Of a stretch of DNA of 61,571 bases, positions 1 through 9,167 are shown in pieces. The notes under the pieces were generated by a model. The model made no database searches, had not been told where the DNA came from, and saw only the letters and a list, made by a program, of their open reading frames with translations. Positions within the stretch are counted from its first letter, which is position 1; every line of letters begins with the position of its first letter. Origin of the DNA: Candidatus Eiseniibacteriota bacterium (GTDB lineage: Bacteria; Eisenbacteria; RBG-16-71-46); NCBI GenBank assembly GCA_044222065.1, contig JBGAOA010000019.1, forward strand, positions 1 through 61,571. The letters run 5' to 3'. The translations under genes and the position numbers were made by a program.

Positions 1-545
1 CGCTCGGCCGCGGGCGCGAGCGCCGGGGTCATCGCGAGGCCCTGCGCGGCGAAGCGCGGGAGCAGGCCGCGGCGCCCGGCCGCGCGCGCGAGCCCCGCGA
101 GCGGCTCGCGCTGGCCGAGGCGCAGCAGGTCCACGAGGAACGAGACGCGCTCGCGATGGGGCAGGACCGAGCGCAGCACGAACGCGCCGAGCAGCCGGAG
201 CGGCGAGGCGCGTCGCGCGCGGCGCTCGATCTGGCCGCGCGCGGCCTCGAGGACGCGCGAGTACGGAACCCCCGCGGGGCAGACGGTCTCGCACGCGCGG
301 CAGTCGAGGCAGCGGTCGAGGTGCTCGACCAGCGGATCGCTCGGCGCGATGCGGCCCTCGTCGAGGCCGCGCATCAGGTAGAGGCGGCCGCGCGGCGAGT
401 CGGGCTCGATCCGCAGCGTGCGATAGGTCGGGCACGCCGTGAGGCACAGCCCGCAGTGGATGCAGGTGTTCAGATCGGCGCGCGCGGGCGCGTCGTCGGC
501 GTCGAACCAGCTTCGAAGCGGGATCAGCGGGGCGGCGTCGCTCAC
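1..545 (-). CDS. glcF: Glycolate oxidase iron-sulfur subunit (GlcF-like), truncated by window edge
   Basis: Not in the ORF track. Manual translation from GTG at 545 gives MSDAAPLIPLRSWFDADDAPARADLNTCIHCGLCLTACPTY...DSPRGRLYLM...HLDRCLDCRACETVCPAGVPY, i.e. two 4Fe-4S motifs typical of GlcF. Confidence 0.85.
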   Translation of the reverse strand, partial: MSDAAPLIPLRSWFDADDAPARADLNTCIHCGLCLTACPTYRTLRIEPDSPRGRLYLMRGLDEGRIAPSDPLVEHLDRCLDCRACETVCPAGVPYSRVLEAARGQIERRARRASPLRLLGAFVLRSVLPHRERVSFLVDLLRLGQREPLAGLARAAGRRGLLPRFAAQGLAMTPALAPAAE

Positions 546-777
546 GCGGGCACACTAGCCCGGCCGCTCGCGCGCCGCTACTGCGAGCGCGCCTTCGTTG
601 CCGCCGGGCGTCCGCTCGCCGTGGACGAGCGCGCCCCTTCGGCGTCGTGGCGGGCGCGGGCGCCGCGCGGCGTGCGTCGCCATTCGTTCGTCCGCTCGTC
701 CGCTCGTCGCGCACGCCTCCGCGCTCGTTCATCGCCACACAACCGGACCGCCACGCTGCGCTACTAAAGGAGCGAAC

Positions 778-948
778 CCTCGCGCGCGAATCGCTCCCGC
801 GCCGAGGCGACCGGGAAACGCAGTCCATCGAGGCGCGAGTGCGGCGCGGGCGAGGCGAACGGACGCCTCCCGGCGCGCCGACTGGGGACTCGCTCCGCCG
901 CCTCCGCTTCGTGGACTCGCGTGGGGGAATCGCGAAGGGGACGCGAGG
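778..948. ncRNA. Candidate rod-like structured RNA (unassigned)
   Basis: Six nested collinear complementary segments in a 540-bp intergenic gap (see findings). Confidence 0.3.
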
Positions 949-977
949 ACCGCGCCGGGGAAGCCCCCGGGAACGCA

Positions 978-1080
978 GCGGGCCGTGCCCGAAGGCAAGG
1001 CCCGCACGTTTTCGCCGGTCGAGCCCCGTCCGAGGCGCCCGGGATCGGAGGTGCGTGATCCGCGGACGCCTCGAGACGGG
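978..1080 (-). terminator. Two hairpins downstream of the large secreted protein gene
   Basis: GCGGGCC-GTGCC-CGAA-GGCA-AGGCCCGC (978-1005) and a longer imperfect stem CCCGTC-CGAGGCG...CGCCTCG-A-GACGGG (1025-1080) just after the stop. Confidence 0.45.
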
Positions 1081-1085
1081 AACTA

Positions 1086-4000
1086 CTACTTCACGACGAT
1101 CGTCTTCTTCGCCGACTCGAAGCCGCTCGCTTCGTAGCGCACGCGTGCGAAGTACACGCCGCGCGGCACGGCGCGGCCGTGGTCGTCGGCGCCGTCCCAC
1201 GTGAGCGGGTGTTCGCCAGCCTGGAAGAGCTGGCGATCCGCGATCGTGCGCACGAGCCGGCCGCCCACGTCGTAGACGCGCACGGTGGCCCGGTCGGGCT
1301 TCGCGAGCGACAGCGCGATGCCCAGCTCGCCCCGCACGAGCGGCGAGTTGCGGAGCGCGAGCGAGTTGACGAGCCGCGGCGCGGGAGTCGTCGGAGTATC
1401 GAGCGTGATGATCGGATTCCCGAGCGCGCACACGGGCGCGAACAGGTTCGTGCCCGTGTACCACAGGTCGGCCAGGCGGCCGAACGTACCGGAGCAGAAG
1501 CGCGACCTCAGGCTCTCGATGTCGTAGCCGTCGACGAGCGAGTTCCACGAGTTCGGAACCGCAGCCGTTCGAGCAACCGACGACACGTAGGGCTGAGGCG
1601 CGTTGTCCGCGTTGGTGTACTCCGCCGCGATCGAGCCCCCGGCCTCGACGTTCAGCACGTCGTCCGTGAACGTGCAGCCGTTCCGAACGCCGTACACGTC
1701 ACCATTCGTCGTGATCGGCGAGTGCGTAATGAGATCGGGACACGCTCCCGTATTCCCCGAGGCGAGCAGGTACGAGAAGCTCGCGAGCGAGACGCTGAAG
1801 TTGTTCAGCCACGGATCGCCGTCGAGGGACTCGACGAACCCGTCGCCCATGATCCAGATGCCGCGCGGCGCTTCGACCGTCGCGCCGATCAGCCACTGCT
1901 CGACGATGCCCTGGTCGTCCGACGACTTGTCGTTGAACGGCCCGAAGATCGCGCTGTTCAGGTCGCCGGTCGTGATCAGCAGCATGCGGTAGTACGCCTC
2001 GAGCATGTCGATCGTCGGCGCGTTGCGCGCGTCCTTGCCGTACGCCCGCGCGGCCGGCGACGTCTCGCGATGCGCCGATCGCGAACCGAGCGAGCCCGAA
2101 CCGCTGTTCAGCGATTCGGACGCCTTGACGCCGTACATGTCCCACGTCGTCCCCGGCTGCTCGTTCTTGTTCACGAACGCGGCCGGGTCGTTGACGTCCT
2201 GATTGCCCGTCGCGTGCCAGCCGTTGTGGGCGCCCCACTTCGCGAACGACGTGTAGCCGAGCGAGTCGGCGGCGGACACCCACACGGTTTCGTTGCCACG
2301 GCGGTCGTTCCAGTCCACGTACAGCATACACGGCAGGTTCGAACCGCCGTACGCCGGCTTCTTCCACAGGTCGGGCAGCACCGCGAACTGCTGCCAGCGG
2401 TGCGCGTCCGTCGAGCTTTCGTTCGGCTGCGGGAACACGACGTTCGTGTCGGGCACCATTGCGACCGGGTTCGTGCCGTCCTCGCGACGGAAGAAGTACT
2501 GGACGTGCGTGCCCGGCGTGAACAGACCGTCCGGGAAGATCTTCGTCGCTTCGCCCGACTGCTTGCTCACCGGAATGCCGGCGGAGTTCGAGCCCGAGAG
2601 CTGCGAGGTGACCCACGCGGGCGGCCACGACGGTTCGTTCGAACGGCCGCAGGTGATGTCGTTCAGCGAGCCCGCGAGGTCGTTGACGAAGCACAGGTTG
2701 CGCACCAGCGCGAGCGGCGCACCGATACCGCCGTGCGGATCGCTCTCGTGGTACGTCGTGGACCACGTGCCGGCGATCGGCGTGACGTTGAAGTTGCGCG
2801 CCGTGACCGGGAAGGCGAACACCTCCGCCGTGTCCATACGCGCCGCGTTCCACGCCAGCGAGTTCCAACGGGTCGCGAACGCGCCCGTCGTGCCGTGGTT
2901 GTTCGCGCCACCGGCGCCCGGGAACGCGCCATCGCCGTTGTTCGCGATGTACGTCGCCCAGAACGAGCCGTCGCCCGAGGCGATGGCGGCCGGATTCGCA
3001 GGCACCTTGCGCAGACCGCTGGCCTTCGAGCCCGCCGTCACGTAGTTGCCCGGGCCGGGGTTGATGCGGAACACGAGGTGCACCGCGACGTTGTTGCCGT
3101 CCGCGACGACCACCGTCGAGTCGCCGGCGATGTCGAGACGATTCAGGTTGCCCGTCGTCTGCGCGATGTTGAGACCCGAGCGGACGTAAGCGCCGCACGT
3201 GTCGAACGCCGCGAGACCCGGCAGACCCGAGTCCTCGTTCGCGGGGAACGTGTCCTGGATCAGCTGCCAGATGTCCACGCTGATGAGCGGCGCCGTGGCG
3301 CCGTCGACGAACATCACCGAGAAGTTGTCGAGGTAGCCGCCGGCCGTCGAGCCGCAGTTGGAGGAGATGCCGAAGCGGAAGCACTGCGAGATCTTGCGCA
3401 GCGCGATGCGGATCGAATCGGGAATGCCGCTCGCGTTGGAGGTTCTCAGCGTTCCGGTCGCGCGCGCGGGCTCCCAGTCGCGGAAGCACTGCACGTCGGG
3501 GTTGAACAGCTGGAAGCCCGGGTAGCGGATGTTGCCCCAGCACTTCACGCCATTCGACTGCATCGCCGGGTACGCGGCGAATCCGAATTGCCAGCCCTGG
3601 CCCTGGGTGAAGAGGTCGAAGATGCCGGTGTACATCTCGTACACCTCGTAGATGTCTTCGGTGGCGTTGACCATGTCGAACGTGAGGCCCATGTCGTTCG
3701 TCACCGTCGATCCCGGGGTGCCGTCGGTCACGAGGTTCACGACCGGCCCCTCGATCGCTTCGGTCGGCTCCTGCTCCGCCGTCGCGTACGGGCCCGCGCA
3801 CGCCTCACTGCGGTCGTGGTCGCCCATCGAGACGACGACGCCCGTCAGGTTGCAGATGCGGTTCGGGCCGCCGACCGGGCCGCACAGATCCTGGTAGACC
3901 AGGTCCGCGACGTCGTGCGCGTGGAAGTAGACGGCCGGCGGCTTGCCGGTGGACTTCCAGCGCTGCGCGGCGGAGTACGCCGGATCGTTGTCGAACGTCT

Positions 4001-5438
4001 TCGCGCTGTCGGCGGCCGTGACCGGCGTTTCGAACGTGCCGATGGACACGAATCCCGAGCCGGTGTCGATCTCGACGTCGTCCACGACGACGGCGCCCGC
4101 GCCCCCCGACGAGTAGGAGCCTGCGATGCTGCCCTGCTCGTCGTCCGAGCTCCCGCCGCGATTCGTCTTCACGCGGAAGACGAGGCGGGCCGTTCCGCCG
4201 TAGCCCTGCGCCGCGAGCGCCGCCGCGTCGTACGACACCGTCTGCGTCGTGACGACCCGGTCACCGGAGGTCGAGAACAGCTCGTGATGCGTGTTGTCCT
4301 GGGCGTGAACGACCTCGCCGAACCAGCGGCGCAGGGGATCGTAGACGTCGTGGTCGAGTCCGTCGGAGCCGGTCCAGTCGTTGTCCACGCCGGAGACCGG
4401 CTCGACGCCGCGACCCAGGTAGACCATGAACGAGTCGATCGGCGGCGTGGCGTTCGCCGAACTCTTCACGTAGTTGCCCGGCACGATTGCGAGCGGGTCC
4501 TTGTCGAACCAGCCCGTGCGCGTGGCGTTGTTGATGTTCACGGCCGTGGACATGTTCGAGCGGTACTTGAAGCGGATCGAGATCGTGCCGCTCGCGGGGA
4601 CCGTGATGTCGCGGTACATCATCTGATCCCACTGTCCCGCATAGCCCGGGAACTTGAAGTCGATGCCGCTCGCGCCGAGGTCGTTGAGTCCCGACTGCTC
4701 GTTCGTCGCCTGGTTGTAGTAGTTCCTCGTGATCGGATCGAAGGCGGTGAGGTCGCCGTGCGAACGCAGTCCGCACCACGCGGAGCGCGAGCCCCCGAGC
4801 GGCGTCCACGACGGCGCGACCGGCGTCGTGCCCGGGATCTGGGATGCGATCACGTTGCCCGGATCGGGATGCCAGCAGCCGATCACGCCGACCGTGCGCT
4901 TCTGTCCGTAGGCGCCGGCGGGACCCGACTTGCCGACGTAGTTGATCTGGTTGCCGACGTCGATCGCCCACCACGGACGCTGGTCGTCCGGCAACGTGAT
5001 GCCGCCCGTCGTCGTGTAGCGGCGCCGCGCCGGGAACCAGCCCTGCAGCGAGTCGCCGTGCACCAGGACGTCGAAGTCCCAGTAGCCGTAGCGCGAGTTG
5101 TCGCCGCCGGCGAGCGGGCGATAGTTGCCGACGCCGATGGACCAGTAGTTCGAGCCGGCGTAGGCGGGATTGAAGCCGACGAACGTCGTGTCGCTCGGGC
5201 CGGCCGAGACCCGGGCCCGCGCGGCGCGCGAGCCGAGTTCGCCGCGGATCTGGGCGTTGTCGAGCCGGGCGGGCAGGGCCGCGTCGTCCTGTGCGGCCGC
5301 CGGGCGGGGCGTGCCCGACGCGAGCGCGAGCAAGAGAGCGAGAAGCGAACAGGCGTGCAGCGCTTTGAAACGAGCGACGGAGCGTGCAGCCGCTCCGGTC
5401 GCGCTCCGGGTCCACGACGCAGCGAGTCGTCGATCCAT
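1086..5438 (-). CDS. Very large (~1450 aa) secreted protein with C-terminal FlgD-Ig/T9SS-like sorting domain
   Basis: ATG at 5438 with GGAGG upstream; signal-like SLLALLLALASGTPRPAAA; C-terminus VRVYDVGGRLVRTI...WDGADDHGRAVPRGVYFARV...KKTIVVK. Confidence 0.8.
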   Translation of the reverse strand: MDRRLAASWTRSATGAAARSVARFKALHACSLLALLLALASGTPRPAAAQDDAALPARLDNAQIRGELGSRAARARVSAGPSDTTFVGFNPAYAGSNYWSIGVGNYRPLAGGDNSRYGYWDFDVLVHGDSLQGWFPARRRYTTTGGITLPDDQRPWWAIDVGNQINYVGKSGPAGAYGQKRTVGVIGCWHPDPGNVIASQIPGTTPVAPSWTPLGGSRSAWCGLRSHGDLTAFDPITRNYYNQATNEQSGLNDLGASGIDFKFPGYAGQWDQMMYRDITVPASGTISIRFKYRSNMSTAVNINNATRTGWFDKDPLAIVPGNYVKSSANATPPIDSFMVYLGRGVEPVSGVDNDWTGSDGLDHDVYDPLRRWFGEVVHAQDNTHHELFSTSGDRVVTTQTVSYDAAALAAQGYGGTARLVFRVKTNRGGSSDDEQGSIAGSYSSGGAGAVVVDDVEIDTGSGFVSIGTFETPVTAADSAKTFDNDPAYSAAQRWKSTGKPPAVYFHAHDVADLVYQDLCGPVGGPNRICNLTGVVVSMGDHDRSEACAGPYATAEQEPTEAIEGPVVNLVTDGTPGSTVTNDMGLTFDMVNATEDIYEVYEMYTGIFDLFTQGQGWQFGFAAYPAMQSNGVKCWGNIRYPGFQLFNPDVQCFRDWEPARATGTLRTSNASGIPDSIRIALRKISQCFRFGISSNCGSTAGGYLDNFSVMFVDGATAPLISVDIWQLIQDTFPANEDSGLPGLAAFDTCGAYVRSGLNIAQTTGNLNRLDIAGDSTVVVADGNNVAVHLVFRINPGPGNYVTAGSKASGLRKVPANPAAIASGDGSFWATYIANNGDGAFPGAGGANNHGTTGAFATRWNSLAWNAARMDTAEVFAFPVTARNFNVTPIAGTWSTTYHESDPHGGIGAPLALVRNLCFVNDLAGSLNDITCGRSNEPSWPPAWVTSQLSGSNSAGIPVSKQSGEATKIFPDGLFTPGTHVQYFFRREDGTNPVAMVPDTNVVFPQPNESSTDAHRWQQFAVLPDLWKKPAYGGSNLPCMLYVDWNDRRGNETVWVSAADSLGYTSFAKWGAHNGWHATGNQDVNDPAAFVNKNEQPGTTWDMYGVKASESLNSGSGSLGSRSAHRETSPAARAYGKDARNAPTIDMLEAYYRMLLITTGDLNSAIFGPFNDKSSDDQGIVEQWLIGATVEAPRGIWIMGDGFVESLDGDPWLNNFSVSLASFSYLLASGNTGACPDLITHSPITTNGDVYGVRNGCTFTDDVLNVEAGGSIAAEYTNADNAPQPYVSSVARTAAVPNSWNSLVDGYDIESLRSRFCSGTFGRLADLWYTGTNLFAPVCALGNPIITLDTPTTPAPRLVNSLALRNSPLVRGELGIALSLAKPDRATVRVYDVGGRLVRTIADRQLFQAGEHPLTWDGADDHGRAVPRGVYFARVRYEASGFESAKKTIVVK

Positions 5439-5606
5439 GAGCCGTACCTCCGGGGCAAGGGGTGAAGGAAACCGTGGTTCGGGGGGTTGGCTGGGGTGCG
5501 TCCGTGCTCGACCCTCCCGAAGGGCCTCGAACGTGCGCCCGCGGCGAGGGGCGCGTGCCGGCGGGGGGTGCCGACGATGACCGACCCGGATTCGGGGGCC
5601 CCGGGT

Positions 5607-5629
5607 GCGGGAATGTTCCCGCGAGTATG
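5607..5629 (-). promoter_or_regulatory. -10 box (CATACT) with adjacent palindrome GCGGGAA-CA-TTCCCGC, candidate operator
   Basis: A 7-2-7 inverted repeat at 5607-5622 lies directly downstream of a TAnnnT box (5624-5629) upstream of the large gene. Confidence 0.4.
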
Positions 5630-5666
5630 TTGGACGGCGCAAAGGGAAAATTTCGCCGCCCCGCAG

Positions 5667-5699
5667 AAAAAAGAGCCCGGTCCCGTCCGGAGAAACCGG
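5667..5699 (-). terminator. Rho-independent terminator
   Basis: Minus-strand stem CCGGTTTC/GGGACCGG followed by GCTC-TTTTTT, just after the 5708 stop. Confidence 0.5.
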
Positions 5700-5707
5700 T
5701 GGGGGGG

Positions 5708-6058
5708 TCAGCGGTTCGTACCGCCCTCGAGGTGGAAGCGGTGCAGGAAGCGGTGGACGGCCGGGGCGAGCAGCACGCCGACGCTCGTCAGGAAGGCGAC
5801 GCCGCTGAAGATCGCGTAGACCGACTCGAACCACTTGCCCGCGTCGCTCCGCACCGGATCCACGGGTCCCATGCCCGCGAGGATCATCGAGGCGTTGACG
5901 AGCGAGTCGAGCCACGGCAGCCCCGCGAACGCGTGGTAGCCGACGACGCCGATCCCGAGCGAAATGGCGATCAGGCCGCCCGCGACGAGCGCGCCGCGCG
6001 CGAGCCGCCCCGCGTAGACGCCGCGGCTCGCCATGGGCTGGTGCCTGCGTTCGAACAA
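5708..6058 (-). CDS. Small two-TM membrane protein, ion-channel pore-domain-like
   Basis: TTG start with GGGAGG RBS; TM1-GYH..GLPWLDSLVNASMILAGMGP-TM2 architecture. Confidence 0.7.
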   Translation of the reverse strand: MFERRHQPMASRGVYAGRLARGALVAGGLIAISLGIGVVGYHAFAGLPWLDSLVNASMILAGMGPVDPVRSDAGKWFESVYAIFSGVAFLTSVGVLLAPAVHRFLHRFHLEGGTNR

Positions 6059-6068
6059 TGCGCCTCCC

Positions 6069-7097
6069 TCAGGGCACGAGCACGATCTTGCCGAAGTGCT
6101 CGCGCGCCTCGATGCGCTCGTGCGCGCGGCGCGCCTCGGCGAGCGGCATCACGGAATCCACGACCGGCCGGAGCGCGCCGCTCGCGACGTGCTTCAGCAC
6201 TTCGAGCTGCTCCGCGCGCCGCCCCATCCACGAGCCCATCAGCGTCAGGTGGCGGCCGAACAGCACGTTCACGTCGAGCGCGACCTTGCCGCCGATCGTC
6301 GCGCCGCACGTGACGAGGCGCCCGTTCTTCGCGAGCGCCGCGACGCCGGCCTCGAAGACGCGCCCGCCGACGTGTTCGACGACGACGTCCACGCCGCGTC
6401 TGGCCGTCAGCGCGCGCGCCTCCTTCGCGACGTCCGCGCTCGAATGGTCGATCGCGTGGTGCGCGCCGAGCGCGCGCGCGCGTTCGAGCTTCGCGGGCGA
6501 GCCGGCGGTCGCGATCACGGTCGCGCCGTGGAGGCGCGCGATCTGGATCGCCGCCGAGCCGACGCCGCTGCCGGCGCCGATCACGAGCACGGTCTCGCCC
6601 GGCGCGACCTTCGCGCGACCGACGAGCATGTGCCACGCGGTGAGGAACACGAGCGGCACCGCGGCCGCGTCCTCGAACGCGAGGTTCCCGGGGTAGGGCA
6701 GGCAGTTCGCCCCCGGCACCGCGACGAACTGCGCGTAGCCGCCGTTGCGCCGGCGCCCGAGCACGTCGTAGTCGCGGCACAGGTGGTCGTCGCCGTTCGC
6801 GCACGCCGCGCACGCGCCGCACGACAGTGTCGGCCCGACGAGCACACGGTCGCCGGCCCCCACGTGCCGCACCGCCTCCCCGACACGCGCGACGACGCCC
6901 ACGACGTCGTTGCCGAGCACGTGCGGCATCTCGGGCTCGAGTCCGGGCAGGCCGCCTCGCACCCACAGGTCGAGGTGGTTGATGCCGCACGCCTTCACCT
7001 CGACGAGCGCCTCGTCGGGCCGGATCGCGGGCTCCGCGACCTCGCGGTGTTCCAGGACTTCGGGACCGCCGAAGCGGTCGAAGACGACGGCTTTCAT
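6069..7097 (-). CDS. Zinc-binding alcohol dehydrogenase (MDR family)
   Basis: MKAVVFDRFGGPEVL start, CGINHLD, structural Zn CGACAAC...C, GAGSGVG Rossmann motif, HFGKIVL end. Confidence 0.92.
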   Translation of the reverse strand: MKAVVFDRFGGPEVLEHREVAEPAIRPDEALVEVKACGINHLDLWVRGGLPGLEPEMPHVLGNDVVGVVARVGEAVRHVGAGDRVLVGPTLSCGACAACANGDDHLCRDYDVLGRRRNGGYAQFVAVPGANCLPYPGNLAFEDAAAVPLVFLTAWHMLVGRAKVAPGETVLVIGAGSGVGSAAIQIARLHGATVIATAGSPAKLERARALGAHHAIDHSSADVAKEARALTARRGVDVVVEHVGGRVFEAGVAALAKNGRLVTCGATIGGKVALDVNVLFGRHLTLMGSWMGRRAEQLEVLKHVASGALRPVVDSVMPLAEARRAHERIEAREHFGKIVLVP

Positions 7098-7124
7098 GGG
7101 GCGACCGGAACGCTGCGACGAGCG

Positions 7125-7985
7125 CTACTCGTCGAACAGCACCGTGGGTTCCTCGTAGAAACGCACCTGGCGCGACGACAGCTTCTCGCGAATCCATTCC
7201 GCGAGCCACTCGTTCTTCTCGGCCGCGCTCGCGCCGGCGTCCGCGAGCTTCTCGATCGGGCAATTGACTCGCAGCGCGCGCCAGCGGATCAGGTGCCGCG
7301 TGATGCCCGCGGGCAGCCGCGCGCCGCCGGTCGCGAGCTCGATCACCTCGGCCGGCTCGAAGTGCGGGAACACGACGAGCGCCGTGACGTCGGGGTGCCG
7401 CGCCTGCGCGTCCGCGAGCGAGTCGGTCGCGAGCCGCAGGAAGCGCTTCTTGCCCCGGTAGGTGTCCACGACCTCGTTCAGGCGCGCGTTGCGCGTCGCG
7501 AGGTCGCCGCTCGCGCGCAGCGTGTCGGCGACGCCGTCCGAGAACACGACGCACGCGATCGCCTCGCGCCGCGCGAGCACGGCGCGCGCGTGGAGCTGCG
7601 ACTCGCGCCGCACCTCGAGGCCGGGAATGCGTGCGAGCGTGCGCTCGAAGTCCTCGGTCGTGTATTCGCCGAGGGCGTGCGCCCAGGTCGTGAGCCGCAC
7701 CCACGGTTCGTCGTACGGCACGACCTGCACGAGCATGTGCGCGAACCCGGCCGAGCGCGCCGCCGTGCAGCGGTTCGCGCCGTCGAGGATCACGTAGCGC
7801 TGCCCGCCGTCCTCGAGCGGCAGCGGGGACACGACCGGCGGATTGCGCAGCTCCCGCTGCTCGCGCAGCTTGCGGACGAGCGGCTCGAGGCGCTGCTCGT
7901 CGTGCTGCTCGTGCGGCACGAGCGCGTCCACGGGCACGAACTCGAGGTCCGGGAGGCGGAAGTCGCTGGTGTGGAGATGAGACAT
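7125..7985 (-). CDS. ParB/Srx-fold protein, SbnI/SerK-like free serine kinase
   Basis: VPVDALVPHEQHDEQRL, LRNPPVV, YVILDGANR, LPAGITRH, VRFYEEP resemble S. aureus SbnI along the whole length (recalled sequence). Confidence 0.7.
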   Translation of the reverse strand: MSHLHTSDFRLPDLEFVPVDALVPHEQHDEQRLEPLVRKLREQRELRNPPVVSPLPLEDGGQRYVILDGANRCTAARSAGFAHMLVQVVPYDEPWVRLTTWAHALGEYTTEDFERTLARIPGLEVRRESQLHARAVLARREAIACVVFSDGVADTLRASGDLATRNARLNEVVDTYRGKKRFLRLATDSLADAQARHPDVTALVVFPHFEPAEVIELATGGARLPAGITRHLIRWRALRVNCPIEKLADAGASAAEKNEWLAEWIREKLSSRQVRFYEEPTVLFDE

Positions 7986-8223
7986 GGGGGCGCACTCTAC
8001 CGCACCGCCGCGCGCTCCGGCGCGGCGGGCATCGGTCCCGCCGGTCGCCGGATTCCCCGCGTCCGTGCCCGCGAGGTGCCGGGCGCGCGGCGAACGTGTA
8101 GCTTTTCGCCCCCGCCGGCGTATCCGCCCGGTGGCCGCGCGCCGCACCGACGCTCCTCGACACCGCAGACTCCGGCGTTCGCGATCCCGAACGCACGCAT
8201 CGCACCTCACCTCAGGGGGAGAC

Positions 8224-9051
8224 ATGATCCGCAGACTCACGCTCGCCGTCGCGCTCGTCGCGCTGTGCGCGCCGCTCGCGTACGCCCAGTCGCTGGACGA
8301 AGTGCTCGCGAAGCACTACGAGGCCCAGGGCGGCCTCGACAAGCTCCGCGCGCTCAAGTCCATGCGCATGACGGGCAAGATGGCGATGGGCCCCGGCATG
8401 GAAGCGCCGTTCGTGATGGAGAAGTCGCGGCCGAACAGCATGCGCCTCGAGTTCACGTTCCAGGGGCTCACCGGCGTCCAGGCCTTCGACGGCAAGACCG
8501 GCTGGATGGTGATGCCGTTCATGGGCAAGAAGGACCCCGAGGCGATGCCGGCCGACGCGATGAAGGAAATCGAGGACCAGGCCGACTTCGACGGTCCGCT
8601 CGTGGACTGGAAGGCGAAGGGCCACACGGTCGAGCTCGTCGGCAAGGAAGACATCGAAGGCACCCCGGCGTTCAAGCTGAAGGTGACGCACAAGAACGGG
8701 AACGTGGACTACACGTTCATCGACGCCGAGAGCTACCTGATGATCCGCCAGGAGGCGAAGCGCACGCTCCACGGCACCGAGATGGAGAGCGAGAGCTCGA
8801 TCGGCGACTACAAGCAGGTGGACGGGCTGACGTTCGCGTTCGCGATGGAACAGGGCGCGAAGGGCTCGGAGCAGAAGCAGAAGATGACGATCGACAAGAT
8901 CGAGCTGAACGTGCCGTTCGAAGCGACGCGCTTCGCGATGCCCGCCGCGCCCGACACCGCGAAGGGCGATGCGAAGCCGGCCGAGGCCGGCGGCGCGAAG
9001 AAGCCCGATGCCGCGAAGGCCGGCGCCAAGAAGGACGGCGGCAAGCACTGA
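8224..9051 (+). CDS. Secreted LolA-like / outer-membrane lipoprotein-sorting family protein
   Basis: AGGGGG RBS, signal peptide, DEVLAKHYEAQGG, QAFDGKTGW, DYKQVDGL motifs. Confidence 0.75.
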   Translation: MIRRLTLAVALVALCAPLAYAQSLDEVLAKHYEAQGGLDKLRALKSMRMTGKMAMGPGMEAPFVMEKSRPNSMRLEFTFQGLTGVQAFDGKTGWMVMPFMGKKDPEAMPADAMKEIEDQADFDGPLVDWKAKGHTVELVGKEDIEGTPAFKLKVTHKNGNVDYTFIDAESYLMIRQEAKRTLHGTEMESESSIGDYKQVDGLTFAFAMEQGAKGSEQKQKMTIDKIELNVPFEATRFAMPAAPDTAKGDAKPAEAGGAKKPDAAKAGAKKDGGKH

Positions 9052-9167
9052 CGCACGGAGGCACCCGACACGTTCCCGATGCACGGACACCCCGTCGCTC
9101 CGCGGCGGGGTGTTCGCGCGAGCGGCCCGCGACGACGGCCGCGAACTCCGCTGAAGGAGCCCTGGCG

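Noticed and set aside
684..708. Short tandem TCGTCCGC repeats
   Set aside because: Only 2-3 short imperfect units with no spacers; not CRISPR, low-complexity only.
156..767. 203-aa plus-strand ORF
   Set aside because: It is antisense to the clear GlcF-like gene.
1179..5465. Very long alternative-frame or antisense ORFs (e.g. 1428 aa here; also 9515-13519, 20406-24158, 53232-57224 N-part)
   Set aside because: Arg/Ala-rich translations without motifs; stop-poor shadow frames are expected at this GC content.
6033..9167. Apparent 2076-aa ORF extending the VPS10 protein upstream
   Set aside because: The extension overlaps three real genes; the RBS and signal peptide place the start at 9168.
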